Shown here: positions 19,516-28,786 of the stretch, one piece after another | Layout of the letters: the number at the start of each line of letters is the position of its first letter | How positions within the stretch are numbered: the stretch's first letter is position 1 | Notes under the pieces: generated by a model | Database searches by the model: none | The model's input: only the letters and a program-made list of their open reading frames with translations | What the model was told of the DNA's origin: nothing | Program-made: the position numbers and the translations under genes | From: a virus | Virus record (IMG/VR): IMGVR_UViG_3300033273_000392 | Coordinates: 85,353 to 149,352 of that record | Length of the DNA: 64,000 nucleotides | Strand: one strand, 5' to 3'

Positions 19516-20445
19516 TTATTTGATTCTTTTAATATTCTTTGCGCTAGGCCCCCAGAAAAGAGCCTGGAATACGTTGTCTCCATAGTGAAACGCAACGATA
19601 GCTTCTGCCTCAAACTCAACGGCCTGCTTGGCATTCCAGTGCTTCATTGCCTTTTCTAATGACTTGTATTCGTATTCTATATAGTCTGCTGGGAAAGCAT
19701 AGTTCCATCCTGGCTTAGGAGTTGCTGTCCTGCTGCCCCATGACATGCCTAGGTCGTTAAAATCTTTTGTGCCTCTAGTAAATCCGTTCGCTACAATAGC
19801 ATCGGCATGATTTGTTAAGTGCACTAGCTTAGTTCCCTTAGGTACTCTATTTGGCTCATCAAAGAAATAAGAGATAGGAAGCCTAGGATAGTATAATTTA
19901 CTATTCACAGCATTGAAAAGCTTTTCTAGTTCCTCTTCAGTTGCTGTATCGCCAGTTACTCCCTCTAGACCATTACTATGTACGACTTGTTTCATGCCCT
20001 TAAGGCCAATAATAAGGTCAAACTTTTCAGCAGGAGTTTTGTCTAGTGCCTTTTCTAGATCGTCTATCTTAGCTTCATTAACGAAGGATTCAAACAGGTT
20101 TAAGTGCTTCATATCAGTAACTCTTTTATTTGATTCGTTGTATCTAACCATGGTCTCTCTGGTCTTAAAGTCATGCCTAGGCTTCTTCTTAAATCCAAAC
20201 TCCTTATAGAACTTCTCTAGTCTAGATTTAGATGAAGCACCATAGTCAGTGCTAGGTGTCAAGTAGATCGTCTTGTTCATGCTATCCGCATAATCAATAA
20301 CCTTCTGCATAACCCGTCTGCCTACTCCGCTGCCCCTAGCCTCTTCAGGAACTACAATTTTGCTTAGAGTTAAGTAGTCGCCATTATCATAAAGCTCAAG
20401 CTCTACACCAAATTCTTGTTCTATGTCTTGCAGTACGTATGACAT
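19516..20445 (-). CDS. GNAT acetyltransferase fused to an internally tagged ART-like domain
   Basis: VPEEARGSGVG acetyl-CoA loop and FYKEFGF; internal MKHLNLFESFVNE; LVHLT..A..I..NGF. Confidence 0.65.
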   Translation of the reverse strand: MSYVLQDIEQEFGVELELYDNGDYLTLSKIVVPEEARGSGVGRRVMQKVIDYADSMNKTIYLTPSTDYGASSKSRLEKFYKEFGFKKKPRHDFKTRETMVRYNESNKRVTDMKHLNLFESFVNEAKIDDLEKALDKTPAEKFDLIIGLKGMKQVVHSNGLEGVTGDTATEEELEKLFNAVNSKLYYPRLPISYFFDEPNRVPKGTKLVHLTNHADAIVANGFTRGTKDFNDLGMSWGSRTATPKPGWNYAFPADYIEYEYKSLEKAMKHWNAKQAVEFEAEAIVAFHYGDNVFQALFWGPSAKNIKRIK

Positions 20446-21413
20446 TATAGACCGTATTTTTTAGTTAGGTATTCTTGAACATTACCGGTCTTATACTTTC
20501 TCATATCATCAGAAAGCATCTTAAAGAACTCTCGGTATATGTCGACCCTACGAGAACGCTTATCGTGCAAGTCGTTCATAAACGTTGCTGAAAATAAAGC
20601 GACATCTTGTTTCATATCGGATGTGTACATTTCAATCTCGCCTCTTAGCTTCGTTTCAATTTTACCATCGTAATACTTCTTAGCATCAGATAGATCTACT
20701 AGTCTGTCAATCTCCTTTTGGTTATCAGCGGCTAATGCTACAATAACTCTAGCGATTACTCTAGTGTCAAACCCTTCGATCTTAATAGGCTGATTCCACT
20801 CCTCATCATTTCTCTTGATCTGATCTTCAACGTCCTCAAGCTTTACGCCTCCCTTTTGATTTAAGAAGTTTCGCCTAGCATCTAGGTCGTTGCGGTCGCT
20901 GAAGTAAAGATACGTTGGAATCTTATTCTTCTTAATCCACTTAAGAAGCATATCGGTATCTTGTGAGTTCATATTCCATCTCTTTGGATCTTTATCGATA
21001 TGAATCTCCTTTACGTACTGTGCTGCTTTAGCAATCTTAGGGTTATTCAACATAATACGGTCCTCCATTTCATGCGACCTTAGATTTCTATTTCCAGGCT
21101 CATATGCGTTACCTCTTTTCTTAATTTCCCAATAGTCAATAGGCTCGGCCTTGTATCTCTGCCCAAGCTTTCTTCCATCTAAGACAAACTTAACGACTCC
21201 ACTTTGATATCCCTCTCGCTTAGATCTAGTAGTAGAAAAAAAGTATGTTCTACCCTTCTGAAACTTCTGATCAGCTTCGGTACCAACAGAAAGTGTACCA
21301 AAGAACGCATCATCCCCTGCAATACCAATTAATCCCGGGAATGAGGTAAAGTGATATACGACATCAGAGATGCCTTCGTTTAAGAACTGCTCAAATATCT
21401 TTAGGTATTTCAT
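20445..21413 (-). CDS. Tagged ART-fold-like protein
   Basis: MKYLKIFEQFLNE tag; VYHFT...FSTTR...EMEDRI. Confidence 0.55.
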   Translation of the reverse strand: MKYLKIFEQFLNEGISDVVYHFTSFPGLIGIAGDDAFFGTLSVGTEADQKFQKGRTYFFSTTRSKREGYQSGVVKFVLDGRKLGQRYKAEPIDYWEIKKRGNAYEPGNRNLRSHEMEDRIMLNNPKIAKAAQYVKEIHIDKDPKRWNMNSQDTDMLLKWIKKNKIPTYLYFSDRNDLDARRNFLNQKGGVKLEDVEDQIKRNDEEWNQPIKIEGFDTRVIARVIVALAADNQKEIDRLVDLSDAKKYYDGKIETKLRGEIEMYTSDMKQDVALFSATFMNDLHDKRSRRVDIYREFFKMLSDDMRKYKTGNVQEYLTKKYGL

Positions 21414-21426
21414 AGACTATATATCA

Positions 21427-21456
21427 AAGAAAAAGGGCCCCCAAAAAGGGGGCCCT
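21427..21456 (-). terminator. Intrinsic terminator
   Basis: AGGGCCCCC-TTTTT-GGGGGCCCT followed by a T run. Confidence 0.85.
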
Positions 21457-21501
21457 ACGAACGGGGGCTTTGAGGGTGGTTAGATAAGCACCACCCTGCA
21501 C
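21427..21501 (-). ncRNA. Candidate ~75-nt structured late small RNA
   Basis: GATATATA at 21506-21513, hairpin AGGGTGGT/ACCACCCT, then terminator hairpin. Confidence 0.45.
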
Positions 21502-21519
21502 GTATTATATATCGAAAGA

Positions 21520-21819
21520 TTAGACGCCTTCTAACATGAGGCTATCGATCTCATTGCAAATTGGCAATAAGATTGCACAGCGCTCATATTGTTCCTCATC
21601 TTCAAAGTACTGAATCATCTTCTTAATAGTAAGATTCAGATCAGCCAGTTGAATAGGATCGAGTGAAAGCAAGTGAGACCGGTTCATACCTGACTCTTCG
21701 ATCTTTTTAAAGTTATCCTCGATTGCTTGCTCTAGCATTCGCTCACGCAGTTTATTAATCTTGCGCTCGAACTCTGAGCTGCTATCCTCCATAAAATCGT
21801 CAAAATTAAACTCTTGCAT
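21520..21819 (-). CDS. Small UVR-like protein
   Basis: YFEDEEQYERCAIL; GATAGATA 4 nt upstream. Confidence 0.55.
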   Translation of the reverse strand: MQEFNFDDFMEDSSSEFERKINKLRERMLEQAIEDNFKKIEESGMNRSHLLSLDPIQLADLNLTIKKMIQYFEDEEQYERCAILLPICNEIDSLMLEGV

Positions 21820-21914
21820 AATTTATCTATCTTTTGGTTTTTGATTACAATGGAATATACACAATCTTCGTCAAACAAAAAAATTATTTAAATCTTTTTT
21901 CGATATTTTAACAC

Positions 21915-23765
21915 TTATTCTACTACCTCTGCTTCTACAGTCTCTTCATCGGCTTCTCCCTGTTGCTGGGCATAAAGATCTTTAGATACCTCTTGCCATA
22001 CTTCTGTTAGAGCTTCAGTCTTAGCCTTGCAGTCTTCTACATCACTTGACTCGATAGCAGACTTAAGCGAGTCAAGCGCCTCGTTGAGCTGTGTCTTCTG
22101 ATCCTCTAAAAGCTGGTCGTCCATATCCTTCATCTGATTCTCAGTAGTAAAGACCATGCTATCTGCTCGGTTCATAACATCGGCTCGCTCGCGCGCTTCC
22201 TTATCTGCATCGGCATTTGCTTCAGCTTCCTGCTTCATACGCTCGATATCATCTTGGCTCAACCCGCTAGAAGCCTCGATACGGATCTTCTGCTCCTTAT
22301 TAGTTGCCTTATCAGTTGCAGTTACATTGATGATACCATTAGCATCAATATCAAACGTTACTTCAATCTGAGGAATACCTCGAGGCGCAGGTGGCAGGCC
22401 ATCTAGGTGGAACCGCCCGATAGTATGGTTATCTTGCGCCATAGCTCGCTCGCCCTGGAGAACATGGATCTCAACGCTAGGCTGATTATCAGCCGCGGTA
22501 GAGAACGTCTCACTCTTCTTAGTAGGGATAGTTGTATTGGCGTCAATCAACTTGGTGAATACACCGCCCATAGTCTCAATGCCAAGTGACAGTGGCGTGA
22601 CGTCTAACAAGAGGACATCGTTAACATCACCGGAAAGAACCCCACCTTGGATAGCAGCGCCAAGAGCAACCACCTCGTCTGGGTTTACTCCTTTAGAAGG
22701 CTCCTTACCAAAGAACTTACTTACCGCTTCCTGAACCGCAGGAATGCGCGTAGATCCACCGACAAGGATAACCTCATCAATATCACTTTTCTTTAAACCT
22801 GCTGCCTTCAAAGCGCTCTGGCATGGTTTAATGCTTCGCTTAACAAGATCTTCAGTCAGCTGATCAAACTTAGAGCGGCTAAGGTTGCGAACAAGGTGCT
22901 TAGGAACCCCATCAACTGGCATGATATATGGCAAGTTGATTTCAGTAGATGATGTGCTAGACAACTCGATCTTAGCTTTCTCTGCAGCCTCACGAAGACG
23001 TTGAAGTGCCATAGGATCCTTGGTCAAATCCAGTCCACCGTTCTCGTCCTTAAACTCCTGAACCAACCAATCAACGATAGCCAAGTCAAAGTCATCACCG
23101 CCGAGGTGTGTATCACCATCAGTAGACAAGACTTCAAAGACTCCATCACCAAGCTCGAGGATACTAACGTCATGTGTACCACCGCCAAGGTCAAATACCA
23201 CAATCTTCTGATCTGTATTCTGCTTGTCTAGACCATATGCTAGCGCTGCAGCAGTTGGCTCGTTGATGATTCGCTTCACCTCGAGACCGGCAATCTGGCC
23301 AGCTTCTTTAGTAGCCTGGCGCTGTGCATCATTAAAGTATGCAGGAACAGTAATCACCGCTTCAGTAACAGAAGTTCCGAGATAGTCCTCAGCAGTCTGC
23401 TTCATTTTCTGCAAGACCATAGCGCTAATCTCCTGTGCAGTATATGCCTTTCCTTCAACATCTACGCTTACAGTGTCCCCCTTTCCTTTCTTAACAGAAT
23501 ATGCCACACGCCCTGCTTCTTTCTTAGATTCAGAGAAAGGCATTCCAATAAAACGCTTAATAGACGAAACTGTGTTTTCTGGGTTAGTCACAGCTTGGCG
23601 CTTTGCAGGATCCCCGATTTTACGGTCGCCGTCCTTTGCAAATCCAATTACAGAGGGTGTTGTACGTTTACCTTCAGAGTTCGTGATAACGATAGGCTCG
23701 TTACCTTCCATAACGGCAACACAAGAGTTAGTGGTACCGAGGTCAATTCCAATGATTTTACTCAT
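21915..23765 (-). CDS. dnaK: Hsp70 chaperone DnaK (Bacteroidota-like)
   Basis: [37 protein letters not shown]; [13 protein letters not shown] segment. Confidence 0.98.
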   Translation of the reverse strand: MSKIIGIDLGTTNSCVAVMEGNEPIVITNSEGKRTTPSVIGFAKDGDRKIGDPAKRQAVTNPENTVSSIKRFIGMPFSESKKEAGRVAYSVKKGKGDTVSVDVEGKAYTAQEISAMVLQKMKQTAEDYLGTSVTEAVITVPAYFNDAQRQATKEAGQIAGLEVKRIINEPTAAALAYGLDKQNTDQKIVVFDLGGGTHDVSILELGDGVFEVLSTDGDTHLGGDDFDLAIVDWLVQEFKDENGGLDLTKDPMALQRLREAAEKAKIELSSTSSTEINLPYIMPVDGVPKHLVRNLSRSKFDQLTEDLVKRSIKPCQSALKAAGLKKSDIDEVILVGGSTRIPAVQEAVSKFFGKEPSKGVNPDEVVALGAAIQGGVLSGDVNDVLLLDVTPLSLGIETMGGVFTKLIDANTTIPTKKSETFSTAADNQPSVEIHVLQGERAMAQDNHTIGRFHLDGLPPAPRGIPQIEVTFDIDANGIINVTATDKATNKEQKIRIEASSGLSQDDIERMKQEAEANADADKEARERADVMNRADSMVFTTENQMKDMDDQLLEDQKTQLNEALDSLKSAIESSDVEDCKAKTEALTEVWQEVSKDLYAQQQGEADEETVEAEVVE

Positions 23766-23807
23766 ATCTTTATGTTTTGATTTTATTAGTTAGCAATATT
23801 GCTAGAC

Positions 23808-23880
23808 GTGGCATATATAGAAAAAACCATGCCACTAGGCAGAAGTATGACAAAATGTCACACTTCTGTCATATCTGTCA
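23808..23880 (-). promoter_or_regulatory. dnaK upstream element: sigma54-like TGGCATggtttTTTCT plus TGACA repeats/palindrome
   Basis: TGACAAAATGTCA palindrome 23848-23860; TGACAG repeats at 23866 and 23875; -24-like box 23819-23834. Confidence 0.4.
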
Positions 23881-23882
23881 TA

Positions 23883-24131
23883 TTATCCGCAATAGAGATC
23901 TAGTTCACCATCTTCCCATGCAGCGATAATAGCTGCAACTTCCTCGGAGTCTTCAGCTGCATCATAAATGCTGCACCATCCGTCTTCGTGCAAATAGAGC
24001 ATTTCACCTCCATTGCTATCTTCGGCATATCGGATGGTATGTTCGTTACCATCAATTTCAAGTGTGTATTGGTCTGTGCTTGCCCAATATACGTTGTCGC
24101 AATCTACGACTTCAATATCAAAATCTGACAT
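23883..24131 (-). CDS. Small acidic hypothetical protein
   Basis: 82 aa, D/E-rich. Confidence 0.55.
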   Translation of the reverse strand: MSDFDIEVVDCDNVYWASTDQYTLEIDGNEHTIRYAEDSNGGEMLYLHEDGWCSIYDAAEDSEEVAAIIAAWEDGELDLYCG

Positions 24132-24142
24132 TTTTATTTAGT

Positions 24143-24328
24143 TTAAAGAATTTTAGTTGTCATAAGTGAACCAAACGGTGCCGAGTGCAACTCTTCTAGA
24201 CACCATCGTCCTCCGTATTTTTCATCTTGTCGGTTAGCAATCATTTCCGCTTTGGATTTAGCGTGTTGATCGTCATTTGCATATACATATGCAGTAAATG
24301 TAGCTACGTATCTTTTTTCTTTATTCAT
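24143..24328 (-). CDS. Hypothetical protein
   Basis: 61 aa ORF in operon. Confidence 0.5.
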   Translation of the reverse strand: MNKEKRYVATFTAYVYANDDQHAKSKAEMIANRQDEKYGGRWCLEELHSAPFGSLMTTKIL

Positions 24329-24331
24329 ATC

Positions 24332-24790
24332 TTAGAAATTTCCAGGTGCAACTTGAAAGCATGTAAGGCCATTATCCCGCCACATATCCACAACCTTCTG
24401 CCGATCATCAAACACACAGAGGATATCTGATTTATCGGTAAAGAGCTGGTCCAACCACTGCTTCTTTAATTGATCGTCAGGCATAAAGTTAAAGTCGTTT
24501 GAGGTTGGCCGCATCTTCAATACATCGAAGGGTACATCAAACTTATTGAGCCATGCCCGAGTAGCATCCTTAGTTGCCTTGCTCCGCCCACTAAGGATCA
24601 CAATCATGTTGCCTGCATCTTTAAGCGTCTTGGCCATTTGGATAACAGGCATGTTTGGCTGATCCATATCAATATTATTAGGATCAAAGAACACATCCCA
24701 ATCGATCTTACCATTGGGTTTAGTTGAGGCAGCCCGCCGCTTGTCGATGAGGGCTAGGGTACCGTCGAGGTCAAAGATTACTTTCTTCAT
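24332..24790 (-). CDS. HAD phosphatase (T4 PNKP 3'-phosphatase-like)
   Basis: FDLDGTLA, LSGR, MRP, K, FDDR..VV.MWR..GL.CFQV..G. Confidence 0.85.
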   Translation of the reverse strand: MKKVIFDLDGTLALIDKRRAASTKPNGKIDWDVFFDPNNIDMDQPNMPVIQMAKTLKDAGNMIVILSGRSKATKDATRAWLNKFDVPFDVLKMRPTSNDFNFMPDDQLKKQWLDQLFTDKSDILCVFDDRQKVVDMWRDNGLTCFQVAPGNF

Positions 24791-24861
24791 TTGTTTTTTT
24801 AATTACACTGCAATATACAAAATCCAGGATTAAAACTACTATCTTAAATGTTAAATTTTCA

Positions 24862-24897
24862 GAAAAAAGAGGGGATGATCCGTTGACCACCCCCTCC
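24862..24897 (-). terminator. Intrinsic terminator
   Basis: GAGGGGGTGGTC-loop-GATCATCCCCTC plus T run on the minus strand. Confidence 0.65.
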
Positions 24898-24919
24898 CGA
24901 CAAACTGGATATGTCCAGA

Positions 24920-26062
24920 TCAGTTAAGCATTGCACCGACTTGGGCGGTCTCCTTCAGCACATTCTTGGCGAAGGGGCTTGGCATCTCGTTGGACATATC
25001 GTAGTCCTTACCAAGCAACTGACCCGCAGAAACCATCAACTCGGTTTCGTCACTTGGCTTGATGTCTGAACCAAGCATCATGTCAGCGGCGTGTGTCGCC
25101 ACGTGCGTGACTCCATTAACGACGGACCAGATGGACTGATCGGTCTTGCAGCGCTTCTTCTGCTCTGTAGTCAACTCATTAGGGTTGACATTGATGCTGT
25201 TGTAAGCATCATACTGACTCTGGAGAGGGATCCAGCTGTCTGCGCGATCACCAACGTGATTCGAAATCCAACGATGAGCTCGTTCCATCTCGTTAAGAGA
25301 TGCAGGTGTCTGAGAGGCACGCTTGACGATATCGCCAAATCCAGTAGGAACGAAACCGTTCTTGCGAAGGTTGTTCAAGTTCTGGAAGAACGTCTCCATA
25401 GACTCTTGCTCAAGGTTGTGAAGAGTGAAGTGATCCTCGGCCATCGATGTAGTGCAGCCATTAGCGCACCAGAGTCGATTAACATATGGGCTCACTTCGA
25501 TACCCCCGAACGGTGAGTTCTTCAAGGTGATTCCAGTGGTGAAGATCTCGTTATCGATACCTACATCCACTTGGGTATTTGGGTGAATCGCATTGATCGT
25601 AACTGCGCCCGTACTCGAGTTAACTGACCAATTAGCGATATCAAACCCATGGTCACCGATGATTCCATCGGCAATTCCCAAGAATCGCTCATTCGAAATC
25701 ATTTGCGTCGCGGTCTTTGAAAAACCAACAACCTTCTTAGAAATTGGAGACAACACAATGGTAATTTCGTTAAGGTTGTTAGCCATAGCATTTTTAATCG
25801 TATTGATGAATCGTGCCTTCGTCTCAGCATTGAAGAGATTTTCAAACTGCTTAGCAAAGGTCTTAGACATCCCGATGATTCGCATCAGCTGAGTGAACGC
25901 CTTAGGGTCCATCTCAACATAGTGTCCTTGGTATGAGATTACGCTCTCAGAGATGATATCAATGTCACGGACGGGAACCGACTTACGTACAGTTTGTGCA
26001 TTCATTGTCTCAGCTCGGCGTGAGTCGATAACCTCACTAGAAAGTTTACGTGCTTGTGGCAT
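24920..26062 (-). CDS. DUF932-like protein
   Basis: RLWCANG motif and SIWSVVNGVT C-terminal helix typical of DUF932. Confidence 0.55.
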   Translation of the reverse strand: MPQARKLSSEVIDSRRAETMNAQTVRKSVPVRDIDIISESVISYQGHYVEMDPKAFTQLMRIIGMSKTFAKQFENLFNAETKARFINTIKNAMANNLNEITIVLSPISKKVVGFSKTATQMISNERFLGIADGIIGDHGFDIANWSVNSSTGAVTINAIHPNTQVDVGIDNEIFTTGITLKNSPFGGIEVSPYVNRLWCANGCTTSMAEDHFTLHNLEQESMETFFQNLNNLRKNGFVPTGFGDIVKRASQTPASLNEMERAHRWISNHVGDRADSWIPLQSQYDAYNSINVNPNELTTEQKKRCKTDQSIWSVVNGVTHVATHAADMMLGSDIKPSDETELMVSAGQLLGKDYDMSNEMPSPFAKNVLKETAQVGAMLN

Positions 26063-26102
26063 GTTGATGGTTTAAATGTGATTTACAGTATTTATACTCG
26101 TT

Positions 26103-26396
26103 TCAGTCGAAATGTTTCATGAGTTCTTGTTTAAACTCATTTTTATTTATCTCAATTGGTTTGCAGAATAGAACTTTATGCCCAAGATATTGGAACCGCA
26201 CATCGCCATTAGAACGCGTCTTAAGCGTATCTCGGCAGGCTTGGATAAGATCGGTGTTTCCAATATAGGTTAGCAATTCTGCATCAACCTCGACGTGGAA
26301 GATCTGTCCTCCCTTTGGACGGAAGTCTGGTCCTCCTTCACCGGTGAGATTATAATTCTCGTAGTATTGAGCTTCTATTTGAAGGAGCGCTGTCAT
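26103..26396 (-). CDS. Hypothetical early protein
   Basis: QYYENY...PKGG, 97 aa. Confidence 0.55.
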   Translation of the reverse strand: MTALLQIEAQYYENYNLTGEGGPDFRPKGGQIFHVEVDAELLTYIGNTDLIQACRDTLKTRSNGDVRFQYLGHKVLFCKPIEINKNEFKQELMKHFD

Positions 26397-26854
26397 TAGG
26401 CTTTTTGGGTTTCAAGGTAAGCTTCATAGGCCTCGTATTGCTTAGTGCCATACTTAGGACGATAGCTAACCGTCATGTATTTAGTTCCGAACTCAATGCC
26501 ACTTGCAGGATCTTTAATCCCATGGCCATCGTTGTATTCATAGATATCTTCCATGCCGTTGAAACGACCTTGAGAGAAGACAGCTTCAAGTTCTTGGCGG
26601 ACATTTTCATAGACACACTTCTCGACTTCAACAGGACTCAAGTAAACGTCGACAGCATCTCCGCCGCTGAAAGAACTAGTAGACACCTGGAACTTGACGC
26701 CAGGGAAACGTTGCTTCATGTATTGACGGACGCACTGGCCAACGCCGCCCATCGTACGATAGCAGGGTTCGCCGTCTCGGTTAGCACCGACAGTGATGTT
26801 CTTAAACTCGAGGCCGAATGACTCGAAGGTGATTTTAGCAGTGTTTTGCTTCAT
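26396..26854 (-). CDS. LPD29-like (large polyvalent protein-associated) early protein
   Basis: FPGVKFQV...SGG.AVDV...FNGMEDIYEY. Confidence 0.55.
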   Translation of the reverse strand: MKQNTAKITFESFGLEFKNITVGANRDGEPCYRTMGGVGQCVRQYMKQRFPGVKFQVSTSSFSGGDAVDVYLSPVEVEKCVYENVRQELEAVFSQGRFNGMEDIYEYNDGHGIKDPASGIEFGTKYMTVSYRPKYGTKQYEAYEAYLETQKA

Positions 26855-26871
26855 GAGAGAGTTGATTTGTT

Positions 26872-26948
26872 TAACTGATTAACCTTACATATGCAATATA
26901 CGACAGGATTTTTAAGCATGACAATCTGAAATGTTAAAATTTGTTAAA
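26872..26948 (-). promoter_or_regulatory. Early promoter with tandem TTAACA boxes and conserved leader
   Basis: TTAACA-N4-TTAACA...TTG-N21-TATATTGCA-TATGTAAGGTTAATCAGTTA. Confidence 0.7.
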
Positions 26949-26949
26949 A

Positions 26950-27180
26950 TCAACGTTCCATAATAACAAAGTGACCGAAGTAACTGTCAAAGACCTGCAG
27001 GAGGTTCTCATAATCAGACTCTCGCATCTCATCGCAAATAGCTTGAGGATCGTAGCCTGCCTCAGCCCCGCCGAGCTGCTCAGCAAATCGTTTAGCGTAT
27101 CCGAGCAGGACAAACGCGTTACCTTCAGGACCGGTGAGATCGATGACGATCTCGGTTGCTTCTTCTTTTCTTCGAAACAT
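26950..27180 (-). CDS. Small conserved phage early protein
   Basis: IDLTGPEGNAFVLLG...DYENLLQVFD. Confidence 0.65.
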   Translation of the reverse strand: MFRRKEEATEIVIDLTGPEGNAFVLLGYAKRFAEQLGGAEAGYDPQAICDEMRESDYENLLQVFDSYFGHFVIMER

Positions 27181-27182
27181 GA

Positions 27183-27374
27183 TTATTTGTTTTTTTCGTT
27201 TTCAATTTCTTTGTCAACCGCATCTGCAATAAAACGCGAAATGTCACGCTTCTCGCCGATGATTTCGATCAACTGGACGAGAATGCCCATGTTGCCTTCT
27301 TTAATTGCTGATTTGATCAGCATATCCTGGGCCGAAGGGGCCATTGAGAGAATGTGTTTCTTGATATCGATCAT
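27183..27374 (-). CDS. Hypothetical early protein (start reassigned to MIDIKK)
   Basis: Follows conserved early leader GTTAATCAGTTA. Confidence 0.55.
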   Translation of the reverse strand: MIDIKKHILSMAPSAQDMLIKSAIKEGNMGILVQLIEIIGEKRDISRFIADAVDKEIENEKNK

Positions 27375-27466
27375 GAGTAACTGATTAACCTTACATATGT
27401 AATATACGAAAAAAAGCCCAAACAAAAAAATGTTTGGGCTCTTAATATTGTTAAAATATGTTAAAA

Positions 27467-27961
27467 TCAGTCGCAGTTTCCTTCAGCTTCTGTCTCTATG
27501 TCTTCAACGTAAATCTTAGAGCTATCAATCCACCTATACTTCCTTGCGATATTAGTAACTAGCTTTACGGAAGGAGAGAAGTAGTTAACTGCATCTGTAG
27601 ATTCACATTCAGCATCCTCAAAGTCAAATACAAACTTCCATGCAAGAGAACCTACATTTACAGTTCCATCTCCATTAGCAACATAGTCCACATACGAATC
27701 ATCAATAGGCTCTAGTGGAGTGTACATCTTAAAGTTGCTTATCATTCTTTTACTAAAGCTATTAAAGTGCCTTTGACAAAGAGCGTCTATTTCAGCAATA
27801 AAATCATTGAACTCATCAGCAGGAACATCGCTTGCGTTCTTTTTTGCAGATATCGCAAGATCAAAATCAGCAGATCCTTCTGACATACAATCTACCTCCC
27901 ACTTTGGGTCTGGTCCATAGTACTCGTTTACGAAATCTCTAAATCCACCTACGTGCTTCAT
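27467..27961 (-). CDS. Tagged acidic protein, putative internal head protein
   Basis: MKHVGGFRDFVNE tag; GATATATA at 27981-27988. Confidence 0.55.
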   Translation of the reverse strand: MKHVGGFRDFVNEYYGPDPKWEVDCMSEGSADFDLAISAKKNASDVPADEFNDFIAEIDALCQRHFNSFSKRMISNFKMYTPLEPIDDSYVDYVANGDGTVNVGSLAWKFVFDFEDAECESTDAVNYFSPSVKLVTNIARKYRWIDSSKIYVEDIETEAEGNCD

Positions 27962-27998
27962 ACTTTAAAAATGTTTTCTTTATATATCTAAGAGTGTA

Positions 27999-28742
27999 TT
28001 AAAAAGGGGCTTCGTCTAGCAGAGGCATACCACTGATCTTAAGCATAACCTCTGCGGTTGCCTTAATATCCTTTTCACAATATTCTTTAATCTCTTCAAG
28101 TCTTCCATTCCAATATGCTTCATTAACCTCAGATCCTTCCATAGCATCTTTAGGACTGGGGATCCCCATAACTTCAGCAATCAGTCCTAGCTTAGCGCTG
28201 TTCCATCCACCAAACTTCCAAATATCTTGCGTATCTAGGAGGCAGTTCTCCCACGGCTTCTGCTTTTGAAAGTGGAATGCAGCAGGAACTGCCACTTCAT
28301 TTACAAGAGCTCGCTTTACAAGATACGGCATATCAAATCCCTTGATGTTATGTCCGACCCAAAGCATCTTAGGGTACTTGTTCATAACCTTAGTTGCAAA
28401 CTCCATAAAGTTAGAAAGAACTTTCTTTTCGTCATCTCCATAAGTTGAGCTACATGAAAACTTGTATGGCATTCCGTATTCATCAAACTTTATCTGACCA
28501 AACGAGATGCAAACGATCTTACCCCATTCGGGCCATAGTCCAGCCATACGAGGCCACATTTCGTGCGGATCTTGAATATCACCAAGCTCTTCTGGATTCT
28601 GCTGTCTAAGTTGAAGTGACTTGTATGCCCAGTAATTCTCTAGGGCAGGATTCTTATCAATCGTTTCTTGAAACGTTTCTGTTTGCGTAGTGGTCTCTAT
28701 ATCAATAAAGACCATTTGCTTTAGTTCTTCTGGATTGTACAT
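27999..28742 (-). CDS. DnaQ/PolB-like 3'-5' exonuclease
   Basis: IDIET, GHNIKGFDMPYL, LDT, YCEKD (DEDDy). Confidence 0.88.
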   Translation of the reverse strand: MYNPEELKQMVFIDIETTTQTETFQETIDKNPALENYWAYKSLQLRQQNPEELGDIQDPHEMWPRMAGLWPEWGKIVCISFGQIKFDEYGMPYKFSCSSTYGDDEKKVLSNFMEFATKVMNKYPKMLWVGHNIKGFDMPYLVKRALVNEVAVPAAFHFQKQKPWENCLLDTQDIWKFGGWNSAKLGLIAEVMGIPSPKDAMEGSEVNEAYWNGRLEEIKEYCEKDIKATAEVMLKISGMPLLDEAPF

Positions 28743-28786
28743 AGCGTATTAGTATCTCATAGTTATATGAGAATACGCCATAATGT

